64,000 nucleotides of DNA. Source: a virus. Where the stretch lies: IMG/VR virus record IMGVR_UViG_3300032018_000001, positions 1-64,000 of that record. The stretch is one strand, 5' to 3'. A program made the translations under genes and the position numbers. How positions within the stretch are numbered: position 1 is the first letter of the stretch; the number at the start of each line of letters is the position of its first letter. The notes under the pieces were generated by a model, which made no database searches, was not told the DNA's origin, and saw only the letters and a program-made list of their open reading frames with translations. Shown piece after piece: positions 53,409 to 62,937 of this stretch.

Positions 53409-54043
53409 GTAACGGCAGGCCTCTTGTTGATTTAATTGGCAAGACTTTTGGCAAGTTTACAGTTATTGGGGGCCCTGTCAGGTCACAGTGGAAAAGTAAA
53501 CGGCACTTATGGTTGTGCCGATGTTCCTGCGGTTGTGGAAAAGAAAAATTAGTATCTGGTGGTAATCTTGTTAGTGGTAAGGCCAGAGGGGGGCACATAA
53601 AACATGGATTTAAAAGACGGGATAAACAGCATCCGTTGTATGTGCTTTGGTCAAACATGAGAAATCGGTGTAATAATAAAAACGAAAAATCCTACCAATA
53701 TTACGGAGGGCGCGGCATTAAGGTTTGTTCAAGGTGGGATGATTTTGTCAATTTCAAGAATGACATGGGTAAGCGCCCATCTAAAACTTATTCTATTGAC
53801 AGAATAGATAATAGTGGTAATTATTGTCCTGAAAATTGTAGGTGGTCTACTGACGTTGAACAGGCTAATAACATGACAACAAATATTATGGTTTCCTATA
53901 AAGGAAAACGTATGACATTAAAGCAGTTTGCTGCTTGTGCTAATCTTCCCTACCCAAGAGTGCGGTTTCGTTATCATAAAGGTTTAAGTCTTAGTGAGAT
54001 AATAAAAACAAAATTGTACTTTAAGCGTGCGGGGATACTATGA
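53405..54043 (+). CDS. HNH-type homing endonuclease
   Basis: DLIGKTFGKFTVI, WLCRCSCG, YGGRGIKVC, SIDRIDNSGNYCPENCRW. Confidence 0.88.
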   Translation: MSNGRPLVDLIGKTFGKFTVIGGPVRSQWKSKRHLWLCRCSCGCGKEKLVSGGNLVSGKARGGHIKHGFKRRDKQHPLYVLWSNMRNRCNNKNEKSYQYYGGRGIKVCSRWDDFVNFKNDMGKRPSKTYSIDRIDNSGNYCPENCRWSTDVEQANNMTTNIMVSYKGKRMTLKQFAACANLPYPRVRFRYHKGLSLSEIIKTKLYFKRAGIL

Positions 54044-54300
54044 AAACAATACCGTTAAAGCGAAACATTGACAAAAAATATTTGCTTCACACCGGAAATC
54101 TTCTTAATGAGGATATTCGGTATTTTGAAGACAAGCTTGTTAAGGCGCTGGGTATTCCCAAAGGTGTACTTAAGCAATCTAAATTAATGTCAACGTCAGG
54201 CGCGTCTTATCTTCAATGGTGCATTAAGGATTTGAAACGCCTCCAGCTTCTGCGGGAGGCTCATGAGTTGTTGTATCAGCGTAAGCAGAGGGGTTACTGA
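54040..54300 (+). CDS. Hypothetical protein
   Basis: EDIRYFEDKLVKALGIPK. Confidence 0.55.
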   Translation: MKTIPLKRNIDKKYLLHTGNLLNEDIRYFEDKLVKALGIPKGVLKQSKLMSTSGASYLQWCIKDLKRLQLLREAHELLYQRKQRGY

Positions 54301-54443
54301 TGAAAAAGTTGCTGCTTTACTTAAAGCATAAGCTGGGGTTTCACACGCGGGAGTGTGTTGTTCCCTGCTACAATGCTGACCGGGAAGACAAACACACCTG
54401 CAGGATTACCATGAAGGATTTTCCTAAGGACAAACTGAAATGA
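54300..54443 (+). CDS. Small hypothetical protein (47 aa)
   Basis: TGATG coupling; MKKLLLYLKHKLGFH..C. Confidence 0.5.
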   Translation: MKKLLLYLKHKLGFHTRECVVPCYNADREDKHTCRITMKDFPKDKLK

Positions 54444-54686
54444 ATAGTAGGCAGCTATTATGATAATGTTCAAGACTGTATTAAGAAGGGTAGAAGAGCG
54501 AGCACTAGAGGACACTGCAACGGAATGAGCAAACTAACAAATGGTAATATTATCAGGATACGACAGCTAAGAAAAAAAGGATTAAGCCAGTACCGTGTTG
54601 CTGAAATTATGGGTGTGAGTAGGAGTAACATTTATTTGATAGATAAGGGGATTACATGGAAGCACATAAAAAAAATTACAGCGTAA
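54444..54686 (+). pseudogene. 3' remnant of an HNH endonuclease gene
   Basis: GSYYDNVQDCIKKGR..GMSKLT..IRQL..GLSQ..AEIMGVSRS..WKHI; catalytic N-terminal part missing. Confidence 0.75.
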
Positions 54687-56782
54687 GTCTCGCTATCATT
54701 GTCCGTAATTCCGCGGCTGTCATAGGCCGGTGTTTGGAATCTTTGAAAGGTTTACCGGATGAGATTATCATTGTGGATACCGGCTCTACGGATAACACCA
54801 AAGAAATAGTCAACAGCTTCATGGATGATGGTCTTATTGTAAAGTTGTATGACTTCAAATGGATAAACGATTTTTCAGCTGCGAGAAATTTTGCCTTTTC
54901 CAAATGCACAAAGGACTGGATTTTTTGGGTTGACTCTGATGACATTGTGAATCCTTTTGAGAAGAGAAAAATAGAAAACCTGGATTTGGCGCACACAGAC
55001 AAAGACCAGATTCTGTTTTTGTATGATTATGCCCAGGATGCTAAGGGTGAAACTCTCAGCACGTTCTACCGTGAGCGCATGCTGAGGAGGTCTGCTAATC
55101 CTACCTGGAAAGGTAAAATTCACGAATATATCCCGGCTGCAAATTACTCCAGAGAACAAATCATCATAACGCACAAACGGCAAAGCGGCGATAGCGCTGA
55201 AAGAAATATCAAGTTGCTACGTTCGGCCATTGAGTTTGAAGAAGATAAAGAGCTACTTGCTAGGTACTACTACTATATCGGCAAAGAGCTTTACGATGTG
55301 AAGGATTGGCCTGCCTACAAAAATCAGGATTACGAGAAAAAAGCAATGGCCTACTTTGCTAAGTTTTTAAGCATGGGGGGTTTGTGCTGGTGGGAGGATG
55401 CGGCTATTGCAGCTTTGCTGCTTGCTAAGTATTACTACGCTATTGATGAAGACCTTTTCATGGAATACCTGCTTAAAGCAATAAAGATTGATAGTACAAG
55501 AGCTGAACCGTACTACTACATGGGAATTTTCTATTCAGACAGGCAGAGGTGGGAACAGGCTATTCCCTGGTACTCCATGTGCGTTCAGGTTAAACCGGCC
55601 AGTGACCTTATGGCACCGCTGCTGGACTATGAAAAGGGATTCAACACTTGGTTGCCCTGTTTACAGCTTTGCTTGTGCTACAACGGCCTGGGTAAAATAA
55701 AAGAAGCCTATGACTGGAATGAAAAGGCTATCGCTTTTGGTTCTAAGGATAGCAGGCTATTTCATAATCGAGAAGCTTTAAGGAACGCTTTACCTTCCTT
55801 GGCTATAGCACCGGTACAACCTTCAAACAAAAAAAGCGCTGATAATCTGTTTTACATTAAGCACATAATGGATGGACAGGGTAAGAAATTGAATTTGGGA
55901 TGTGGTAGTAAGACCCTGCCTGGATACGAAAACGCTGACAATTTCAAGGCTGATTTTGTTGATGCTGTTTATAACCTGTACGACATTCCTTATGAGGATG
56001 GCACCATTTCTGAAGTATTATCAGAGCATGCACTTGAACATTTGGGTAAGGAGCTCGGAGAACGAGCAATAAAGGAATGGGCCCGCGTGCTACGGCCGGG
56101 CGGTCTCCTACACCTTAAGATTCCTGACCTTGCTTTGTGCATTAGCAACTATCTCACGGCTGATGTTGTCGGCGCGGCTGCTACTATTAATGGGTATCCC
56201 GCTAAGGAATGGCACAAGTACACTATTTATGGCATTCAGAAGTCGCAGGCCGGGGAGTCAGACCAGTCGCAGTATCACGTCTGGGGTTATTCAAAGAATG
56301 AAATACGAGACTTGCTATCATCGGCCGGTTTTGTTATTGACAGTTTGGAAAACTATGACGGCTGGGGAACGCCGTCTATCGAAATCAAAGCGCACAAAAA
56401 AGTAGCAGCCAAAAAAGTAGGCTGGTGGTATCCGGAGGACTGGGATTTCGGCCCCGTTAGAATACGTGCATTGAACATTGATAAGTGGCTAAAGGCCAAA
56501 GGTTATAATTCTGAAATAATAGCCAATGTTGAACAGGGGGCGCTTTGCGACATTGTGATAGTAGGCGACTTCAGTGAACACACACTTCAAGGAATAAAAG
56601 AATTAAGGAAGCGCGGTATCATTGTTATCTGTAACCTCTGCGAAGAGCTGCATCATGAAAGCGTGTATTCCGTGCTCAAGGAATGTGACACGGTAGTATG
56701 CTGCTCTACTAAGCTTGCGGAATGGGCCAAGCAGTACAGTGAGACAGTAACGGTGATTGAGGACGCCTATGAAACAAAGTAA
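54656..56782 (+). CDS. Multidomain glycosyltransferase: GT2 + TPR + SAM methyltransferase + N-half of a GT-B fold
   Basis: IVDTGSTDNT, DFSAARN, VDSDD, IHE; TPR with RAEPY; LNLGCG..HALEH..RVLRPGG; C-terminal DTVVCCS..VIEDAYE. Confidence 0.88.
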   Translation: MEAHKKNYSVSLAIIVRNSAAVIGRCLESLKGLPDEIIIVDTGSTDNTKEIVNSFMDDGLIVKLYDFKWINDFSAARNFAFSKCTKDWIFWVDSDDIVNPFEKRKIENLDLAHTDKDQILFLYDYAQDAKGETLSTFYRERMLRRSANPTWKGKIHEYIPAANYSREQIIITHKRQSGDSAERNIKLLRSAIEFEEDKELLARYYYYIGKELYDVKDWPAYKNQDYEKKAMAYFAKFLSMGGLCWWEDAAIAALLLAKYYYAIDEDLFMEYLLKAIKIDSTRAEPYYYMGIFYSDRQRWEQAIPWYSMCVQVKPASDLMAPLLDYEKGFNTWLPCLQLCLCYNGLGKIKEAYDWNEKAIAFGSKDSRLFHNREALRNALPSLAIAPVQPSNKKSADNLFYIKHIMDGQGKKLNLGCGSKTLPGYENADNFKADFVDAVYNLYDIPYEDGTISEVLSEHALEHLGKELGERAIKEWARVLRPGGLLHLKIPDLALCISNYLTADVVGAAATINGYPAKEWHKYTIYGIQKSQAGESDQSQYHVWGYSKNEIRDLLSSAGFVIDSLENYDGWGTPSIEIKAHKKVAAKKVGWWYPEDWDFGPVRIRALNIDKWLKAKGYNSEIIANVEQGALCDIVIVGDFSEHTLQGIKELRKRGIIVICNLCEELHHESVYSVLKECDTVVCCSTKLAEWAKQYSETVTVIEDAYETK

Positions 56783-57452
56783 TATTGTAAAGCCTGTCCA
56801 CGGCTGGTTTCATATTGCGGCAATGCTGGGCGGCGAATACATAGCAGCTGAGCTGCATGGGCGCTTGCTTCAGAGCAGGCTGTACGAAGCCAGCACGGCT
56901 ATTCACGTTTCTATTGTAGGAAATATTGAACAAGCAGCACGCCTCCGTGATTACATTTTTAGCCGTCATAGCAAGTATGATGTTTTTTACGTGAGTGCTA
57001 ATCTTGAAGACTATGAGTGGCCCGCTCTAGTTGATATGTATAAAATGGCACACAATGCGGACATAAATTGTTTTTACATCCATACTAAGGGTGCCAGTAA
57101 TTGCAGACCTGATGTTCCTGCATCAATTCAGAAAAATATTCGCTGTTGGCGAGATGTGATGTGCCACTATACTATCGGCAGGCACGCGGAATGCCAGCAG
57201 CTTCTCAATTTGGGCTACGATACCGTAGGCCCTCTCTTTAAATTTGACAGGCATTACGCTGGAAATTTTTGGTGGAGTAAATCTTCCTATTTATGCACGC
57301 TGCCGTATCCAACAGGAAATAGAATGCAAGCCGAAGGCTGGGTTACTGAATGTGGAAAGCCAAAAGTATTTAACCAGTTTTCTGTGGATTCTGATGACCT
57401 GTACGGGTTTGATGGCGGCAATCCTTTCAAGGAGTGGAGGCAATCCGTATGA
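56769..57452 (+). CDS. Glycosyltransferase-like protein (YxHxKG family)
   Basis: YEWP.L, YIHTKG, WR..M, HYAGNFWW..YL..L, AE.W. Confidence 0.65.
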   Translation: MKQSNIVKPVHGWFHIAAMLGGEYIAAELHGRLLQSRLYEASTAIHVSIVGNIEQAARLRDYIFSRHSKYDVFYVSANLEDYEWPALVDMYKMAHNADINCFYIHTKGASNCRPDVPASIQKNIRCWRDVMCHYTIGRHAECQQLLNLGYDTVGPLFKFDRHYAGNFWWSKSSYLCTLPYPTGNRMQAEGWVTECGKPKVFNQFSVDSDDLYGFDGGNPFKEWRQSV

Positions 57453-57958
57453 CAACCTGCTTAAACGTAGGATGCAACGACATTCAGCTGGAAGGTTTTA
57501 TTAATATTGATTTGAATCCTTCCGTTAAACCCGATTTGATTTGGGATGCTACCAAACTACGCGATAAATTTGTTAATGATTCTGTGGACTTTATTTTTTG
57601 CGGACATTTCCTGGAGCACTTCAGTGTTGCCGTTTCTTCTGTTATAGTTAGAGATTTTTATAGCATGTTAAAACCCTATGGCTGCGTGGCCGCTATTGTT
57701 CCTGATTTTAAAAAAGCAGTAGGCGTTACTGCATCAGTGGAGCTTACTACGCCTGAGATAGAAAGAATTGTTTTGGCAGAAGGAACTCATAAAATGATTT
57801 TCACCGAGGATAGATTGGTATCAATTTTTGAACATCAAGGTTTTTCTGCTATCCCAGCTCCTGTAACGCTTTTGCCTTGGTGCCGGTTTCCTGAAGTGCC
57901 TTGGCAATCTGCAGTGCTTGCTATGAAGCATCCCACAGTAAATTTTACGACTGGATGA
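57449..57958 (+). CDS. SAM-dependent methyltransferase
   Basis: LNVGC..GFINID, HFLEH, LKPYG..VPD. Confidence 0.85.
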   Translation: MTTCLNVGCNDIQLEGFINIDLNPSVKPDLIWDATKLRDKFVNDSVDFIFCGHFLEHFSVAVSSVIVRDFYSMLKPYGCVAAIVPDFKKAVGVTASVELTTPEIERIVLAEGTHKMIFTEDRLVSIFEHQGFSAIPAPVTLLPWCRFPEVPWQSAVLAMKHPTVNFTTG

Positions 57959-57959
57959 T

Positions 57960-58601
57960 ATGAAAAACCTTGATGCTATTGCTATTGCCTGTGGAACAGA
58001 TAAGTCGAGCGAGCGTCATTATTACACCCGCTATTATCAAACGCACATTGGTCATTTGGAGGATAAAGAGATAAAGGTGCTTGAGATAGGTGTGCATCTA
58101 GGCTACTCTCTGAGTATGTGGAGTCAGTATTTTTCTAATGCTTTGATATATGGCATTGACATTGAGCATCTGCAACACCTGAGCAAGGGTAATGTCACCG
58201 TGTTGCAAGGAGACCAGAACGACCCGGAATTTTTGCGAGAGCTTAGCAGGATGTACGGCCCTTTCGATTTGATTGTGGATGATGGCAGTCATCACAATGT
58301 TCACATGCGGACAAGCTTTGATACGCTATTTCCGTTGCTGACCCCAAAAGGTATTTACGTTGTGGAAGATTTATACTGCTGCTATTGGACTGACCTTTAC
58401 GGAACAGGTCTGCCCCGGTTCACAGATTATTTATTGGAGCTCATTGATGCTTTGCATTGCCGCGGTAAGACAGACTATGTGAATCAAGATAAGCCATTTG
58501 TGCCAAGCTACACGGAGCATCTGGGAGAGCGCACGGAAATGGAGAAAATTATTAACGCTATTCATCTATACAGGGGCATAGCATTCATCCACAAAAATTA
58601 G
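57960..58601 (+). CDS. SAM-dependent O-methyltransferase (MycE-like)
   Basis: GTDK, VLEIGV..G.SL..W, GDQ, FDLIVDDGSH, GIYVVED. Confidence 0.85.
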   Translation: MKNLDAIAIACGTDKSSERHYYTRYYQTHIGHLEDKEIKVLEIGVHLGYSLSMWSQYFSNALIYGIDIEHLQHLSKGNVTVLQGDQNDPEFLRELSRMYGPFDLIVDDGSHHNVHMRTSFDTLFPLLTPKGIYVVEDLYCCYWTDLYGTGLPRFTDYLLELIDALHCRGKTDYVNQDKPFVPSYTEHLGERTEMEKIINAIHLYRGIAFIHKN

Positions 58602-58608
58602 GAGTAGT

Positions 58609-61600
58609 ATGATTTACGATTGCTTCCTATTCTATAATGAGTTTGACATTCTGGAAATCAGGCTTAACGAGCTGAATTCTGTTGTGGATAAGTTCGTGCT
58701 GATAGAATCTCCACTTACGTTTACCGGGAAACCTAAGCCCTGCTATTTCTTTGAAGACAAGAGTGGGCGCTTTGACAAATTTAAAGATAAAATTATTAAC
58801 TGGGCATTTGACTCTGGCAAAAACAATGAGCTTACTGCATGGCAAAGAGAGCACATGCAGCGTGATGTTATAAAAAGTATCTTGGTAGAAGACGAATCCC
58901 TGAAGGATGATGACATCGTTTTCTTTTCCGATGTGGAAGAGATAAATAGAAAAGATACAGTAGCTTTTGTTTGTGATGGTATTGAGCGCGGGTATTACGA
59001 TGCTGCTATACTTCAGCATAGAACAAGCTACTACTACTTCAATAATACTTTTATTGACAATCCGTGCCCTATGGCCAAAGCGTGCTCAGGAAAGTTTTTC
59101 AAAGGTGTTACCCCCAGTCAGTTCAGAGATATTACAGGAGCGATAGAAGAGGTAACACGGATACGAACAATTAAGAACTGCGGCTGGAATTTTTCTAACC
59201 TTGGCACGCCTCAGCAGTTGAAAACCAAGTTGGAGGCTTTTTCACACCAGGAGTATAAACATCTGTTTACAGAAGAGAATATCGCTAAGAACAAAGCAGC
59301 CTGCACGGATTTGTTTGAGCGGCCGGGTAAGCAGCATGAGTTTCATATCATTCCTTTGGACGATAGCTTTCCGGAATTCATCCTGCGGAATAAGGAGCGC
59401 TTCAAGGATTACATCACAGGCCCGGAAGACTTGGGGCTCCTGCAAGATTTGAGTGCTATCACTAAAAAGCACTATCCTGATGGTTTTCCAGAAAGTAAAT
59501 CGACTGAAGAGTTTTATCTTCCCGGTGTAGGATTTCTTCCTACCGCTGACGCTCATAGAAAGTTCGGACAGGAGCTTATGGATTATTCGATGGGAAAAAA
59601 GCTTCAGGTGTACTGGTTTGGGTATGGCGGAGGAGCCCATTATGCGGAAGCATTGCGGCCGTTGATTGAGGAGCTGGGAATGCAGCTGGTTACTATTCAC
59701 GAGCAGGCTAATGCAGACGTGAAATGGGATAGGAAGACTTGGCTTGCTGAGCTTAACAAGGCGGATATAATTATTTTACCGTGCAAGGTGGGAGGTTCCG
59801 CCAAGAGTAGCAACCGTCTGGCGCAGGCACTGTCTTTGGGTAAACCAGTCATATGCTCGCCGCTGGCCTCTTACTTAGAGCTTGAAAGTAAGTATCCGGA
59901 CTGCTGTAGGTTTGCAAGAGAGGAGATTGATTGGCGAGAAGCACTGTCTTACTATGCTACAGCAGCACGCCATGTAGGTTCTCCTATTCGCAAAAACGCA
60001 GTCAAGGACTACAGTATTGACAGCATAGGAGCTAAATGGGTTAGTCTTTTCTCTTCTGATTTTAAAGCTCGTAAGGTTGTGCATAGAGTTACTGTTGATA
60101 AGGAAGGAAAGGCCGGTATCAAGTTTGGTGCATTATCAAGACACACTCAGACGGTTGATATTATAATTCCCACAGCAAATAATTTTGAGCTGCTTAAAAT
60201 CTGCGTTGATAGCATCCGGGCCTGCACGAATGTTTCTTATAAGATAATCATCGTAGATAATGGCACCGGTGCGGGCACGTACAGTGCTACCTTCGTGTGG
60301 GCTAGAGAACAGAATGACGTGCTGTACGTGGGGTCTCCTGCCCGGCTGGTATTTTCAGAAGCAATCAACATGGGTATCCGTTCCTCAGATGCAAAGTACG
60401 TCTGTCTTCTGAATGATGATACCATAGTAAGCAGAGGCTGGGTTGAAGAGATGATAGCCGTCTGCGGGAATGGTGTGGGCGCTGTAGGCGTACTATCAAA
60501 CTGTGACAAAGGCTGGCAACACAACATCAGCATTAAGGCCGGTAGTGTAGCCCTGCTTCCTGGCTTAAACACGTTGGAGGAGATACGCCCTGTCATACCA
60601 GAAATCTACAAACTAGGGCCTGACTACACTGTTAAAAGCGAGCGCTCGCCGGTGCATGCTCAGGACTGGATTGCTTTCTACTGCACTCTTATTCCACGAA
60701 AGGTTATTGATGAGGTGGGCTTCTTGGATGAGGGATTCAGAAATTCAGGTGAAGATGTTGACTACTGCAAACGTATAACCAAAGCAGGATATAAAATCAT
60801 TCAGAACTATGACGCTGTGGTTTTTCATTTTGGAGCGGTAGGCAGGAAGCAGCTGGAGAAAGAAAATTATGAAGCATACCATGCAGCTGATAGAAATACG
60901 CAGAACTACTTGAAGGATAAGCATGATAATCAGGGGCTTATTGTTTTGTACTCTGGTAAAGCATGGGAAAAGTGGGACGGTGATTCCGTTGTTAAGGGTA
61001 TAGGAGGGTCTGAGACTTGGCAGGTTATGCTGGCGGAAGAGTTCTCTAAGCTTAATTACCGCGTGATAAGTTTCTGCGATTGCCCGGAAACATGCAAGAC
61101 AATCAACGGCGTGCGTTACATGCACTATTCGGAGTTTCACGCTTTCGCGTGGGTAAACTGGATTGACCTATTAATTTCTTCCCGGACAACGGAGTGCTTG
61201 GAATATGCGCGGGCGTCAAAAAAGCTGGTCATGGTGCACGATGTTTACCTTACGCGGGAAGGTGGACTGCCTCCTCATGATGATAAGGTGGACTATTATC
61301 TGTGTTTGTCAAGGGCCCACAAAGAATATTTTTCTCAATGGCAGCATGTTCAGGATAGTAAAATCCTGATTACATCAAACGGCATTGACCTTGACCGCTT
61401 TGCGAAAGCAGCACATCCGCGTAAAGACAAGTTCAAGTGTATCTATTCCAGCTCCCCAGACCGCGGACTGGAAGCGCTGCTGCTTATGTGGCCTGAGATA
61501 AAGCGCAGGGTGCCTGAGGCTACGCTGGACATATACTACGGATTCAACAACTACTGGTCTCTGACGGATGCGTGGCGGGTAAAGATGGAGGAGCTGATGA

Positions 61601-62010
61601 AGGCTCCGGGTGTTGCTTATCATGGCCGGGTAGGGCAGGATGAGCTGGCCAAGGCTTTTTACAGTAGCAAGCTGCTGCTGTATCCGTGCTCCTTTGAGGA
61701 GACCTTTTGCATCACGGCGCTGGAGGCTATGGCTGCTGGCTGCATCGTGCTGAGTTCCCGGTACTGGGGAATACAAACAACGGTTAACGATGTTGGAATT
61801 TTGATTTCAATAAAAAGCGGAAAGGAAGTTTACGAAAAGGAGTATCAGGACGTTTTTATTTCTATGGCTGTGGAAGTGCTTACTGAAGATGACAAAGGCT
61901 ACTACTGTGAGGTGGAAGGGCCTAAAAGAGCCGCTACTATGACTTGGAAGTGCGTAGCGCGTCAGTTTATCACATTTTTGGAAAAAAAAGAATGGAAAGA
62001 AATACAATAG
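58609..62010 (+). CDS. Multidomain glycosyltransferase: GT17-like + C-half GT-B + GT2 + GT4
   Basis: MIYDCF.FYNE..LE.RL..FVL.ES..TFTG..K, SDVEEI; WFG..KSSNRL..GKPVI; LLNDD, SGEDVD; GIGGSE, YSSSPDRGL, ETFCITALEA. Confidence 0.88.
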   Translation: MIYDCFLFYNEFDILEIRLNELNSVVDKFVLIESPLTFTGKPKPCYFFEDKSGRFDKFKDKIINWAFDSGKNNELTAWQREHMQRDVIKSILVEDESLKDDDIVFFSDVEEINRKDTVAFVCDGIERGYYDAAILQHRTSYYYFNNTFIDNPCPMAKACSGKFFKGVTPSQFRDITGAIEEVTRIRTIKNCGWNFSNLGTPQQLKTKLEAFSHQEYKHLFTEENIAKNKAACTDLFERPGKQHEFHIIPLDDSFPEFILRNKERFKDYITGPEDLGLLQDLSAITKKHYPDGFPESKSTEEFYLPGVGFLPTADAHRKFGQELMDYSMGKKLQVYWFGYGGGAHYAEALRPLIEELGMQLVTIHEQANADVKWDRKTWLAELNKADIIILPCKVGGSAKSSNRLAQALSLGKPVICSPLASYLELESKYPDCCRFAREEIDWREALSYYATAARHVGSPIRKNAVKDYSIDSIGAKWVSLFSSDFKARKVVHRVTVDKEGKAGIKFGALSRHTQTVDIIIPTANNFELLKICVDSIRACTNVSYKIIIVDNGTGAGTYSATFVWAREQNDVLYVGSPARLVFSEAINMGIRSSDAKYVCLLNDDTIVSRGWVEEMIAVCGNGVGAVGVLSNCDKGWQHNISIKAGSVALLPGLNTLEEIRPVIPEIYKLGPDYTVKSERSPVHAQDWIAFYCTLIPRKVIDEVGFLDEGFRNSGEDVDYCKRITKAGYKIIQNYDAVVFHFGAVGRKQLEKENYEAYHAADRNTQNYLKDKHDNQGLIVLYSGKAWEKWDGDSVVKGIGGSETWQVMLAEEFSKLNYRVISFCDCPETCKTINGVRYMHYSEFHAFAWVNWIDLLISSRTTECLEYARASKKLVMVHDVYLTREGGLPPHDDKVDYYLCLSRAHKEYFSQWQHVQDSKILITSNGIDLDRFAKAAHPRKDKFKCIYSSSPDRGLEALLLMWPEIKRRVPEATLDIYYGFNNYWSLTDAWRVKMEELMKAPGVAYHGRVGQDELAKAFYSSKLLLYPCSFEETFCITALEAMAAGCIVLSSRYWGIQTTVNDVGILISIKSGKEVYEKEYQDVFISMAVEVLTEDDKGYYCEVEGPKRAATMTWKCVARQFITFLEKKEWKEIQ

Positions 62011-62462
62011 TAAGACGTTTTTGGGCTAAAGTACAAGTCTGTGAAACTGATTCTTGCTGGAATTGGCTTGGTGCTTTAGATAAGGATGGTTATGGAAGAT
62101 TTAGTTATAATAAAGATAAAAAATCTGAGAGTTCTAATAGGGTTGCTTTAGAGCTTAAATTAAAACGGCCTATTCTGGCAGGGTATAAGGCCTGTCATAC
62201 TTGCGATAATACTTCTTGTGTAAACCCTAAGCATTTATACGAAGGGACAGTGCTCGATAACATTAAAGATAGAGTTTTGAGACATAGAAGTGCTTGTGGA
62301 GAGCAGAGCGGTGTGGCAAAACTGTCCAATAAGGATGTTATTGAAATACGAAAATTAGGTTTACAAGAAAAGTCTACTACTAAAATAGGAAAAATATTCG
62401 GTATTACGAGATTAACCGTATATAGGATAACTAGTAGGAAATTATGGAGACACATTGGATAG
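61992..62462 (+). CDS. HNH homing endonuclease
   Basis: RFWAKV..CWNW..DGYG; CHTCDNTSCVNPKHLYEGT; ends WRHIG. Confidence 0.9.
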   Translation: MERNTIVRRFWAKVQVCETDSCWNWLGALDKDGYGRFSYNKDKKSESSNRVALELKLKRPILAGYKACHTCDNTSCVNPKHLYEGTVLDNIKDRVLRHRSACGEQSGVAKLSNKDVIEIRKLGLQEKSTTKIGKIFGITRLTVYRITSRKLWRHIG

Positions 62463-62937
62463 CATACTGGCCAAGCTTTCTTACCTGCTACTGGAGAAGC
62501 GGCCGTTCCTGCCTACTGAAATTCTGGCCTATGCAACTATGCCGATTAGGATTGAAGCCAAAAAATGTGTATCTTCTAATGTGGAGGCCTACGGCTACGA
62601 TAAGCAGTCTCGGACATTGAAGGTTGTGTTCTCTGGGGGAGCGGAATACCGCTACCTCTGTGTGCCTGAGCAGCTGTATCAGGATTTGGATAAGACTGAC
62701 TCCAAGGGCAGCTTTATTGCTATCGTGAAGAGGATGTGCAAGGCCATACGGATTGACGGGCGCTGGTATAGCATGGAAGAGGAGAAGGGCCCTAAGGCAG
62801 CATCACCGTGCTACGACTGCAAAAGTAATAGCTGCGCTTACATAGCAGAATGCAAAGAACAGGATTTTTCTTTATTCAGAGATAAAAATGTCAAAGACAA
62901 GCAGCCCGCTACAGAAAGACCTCCAGGAAACGCTTGA
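62455..62937 (+). CDS. KTSC-domain protein
   Basis: VSSNV..YGYD....L.V.F..G..Y.Y..VP...Y..L...SKGSF. Confidence 0.85.
   Translation: MDSILAKLSYLLLEKRPFLPTEILAYATMPIRIEAKKCVSSNVEAYGYDKQSRTLKVVFSGGAEYRYLCVPEQLYQDLDKTDSKGSFIAIVKRMCKAIRIDGRWYSMEEEKGPKAASPCYDCKSNSCAYIAECKEQDFSLFRDKNVKDKQPATERPPGNA

Noticed and set aside
54441-54443. TGA in frame between a small ORF and the HNH remnant, suggesting stop-codon reassignment
   Set aside because: TGA, TAG and TAA all terminate well-defined genes here, often in ATGA overlaps, and long genes are uninterrupted; a deletion explains it better
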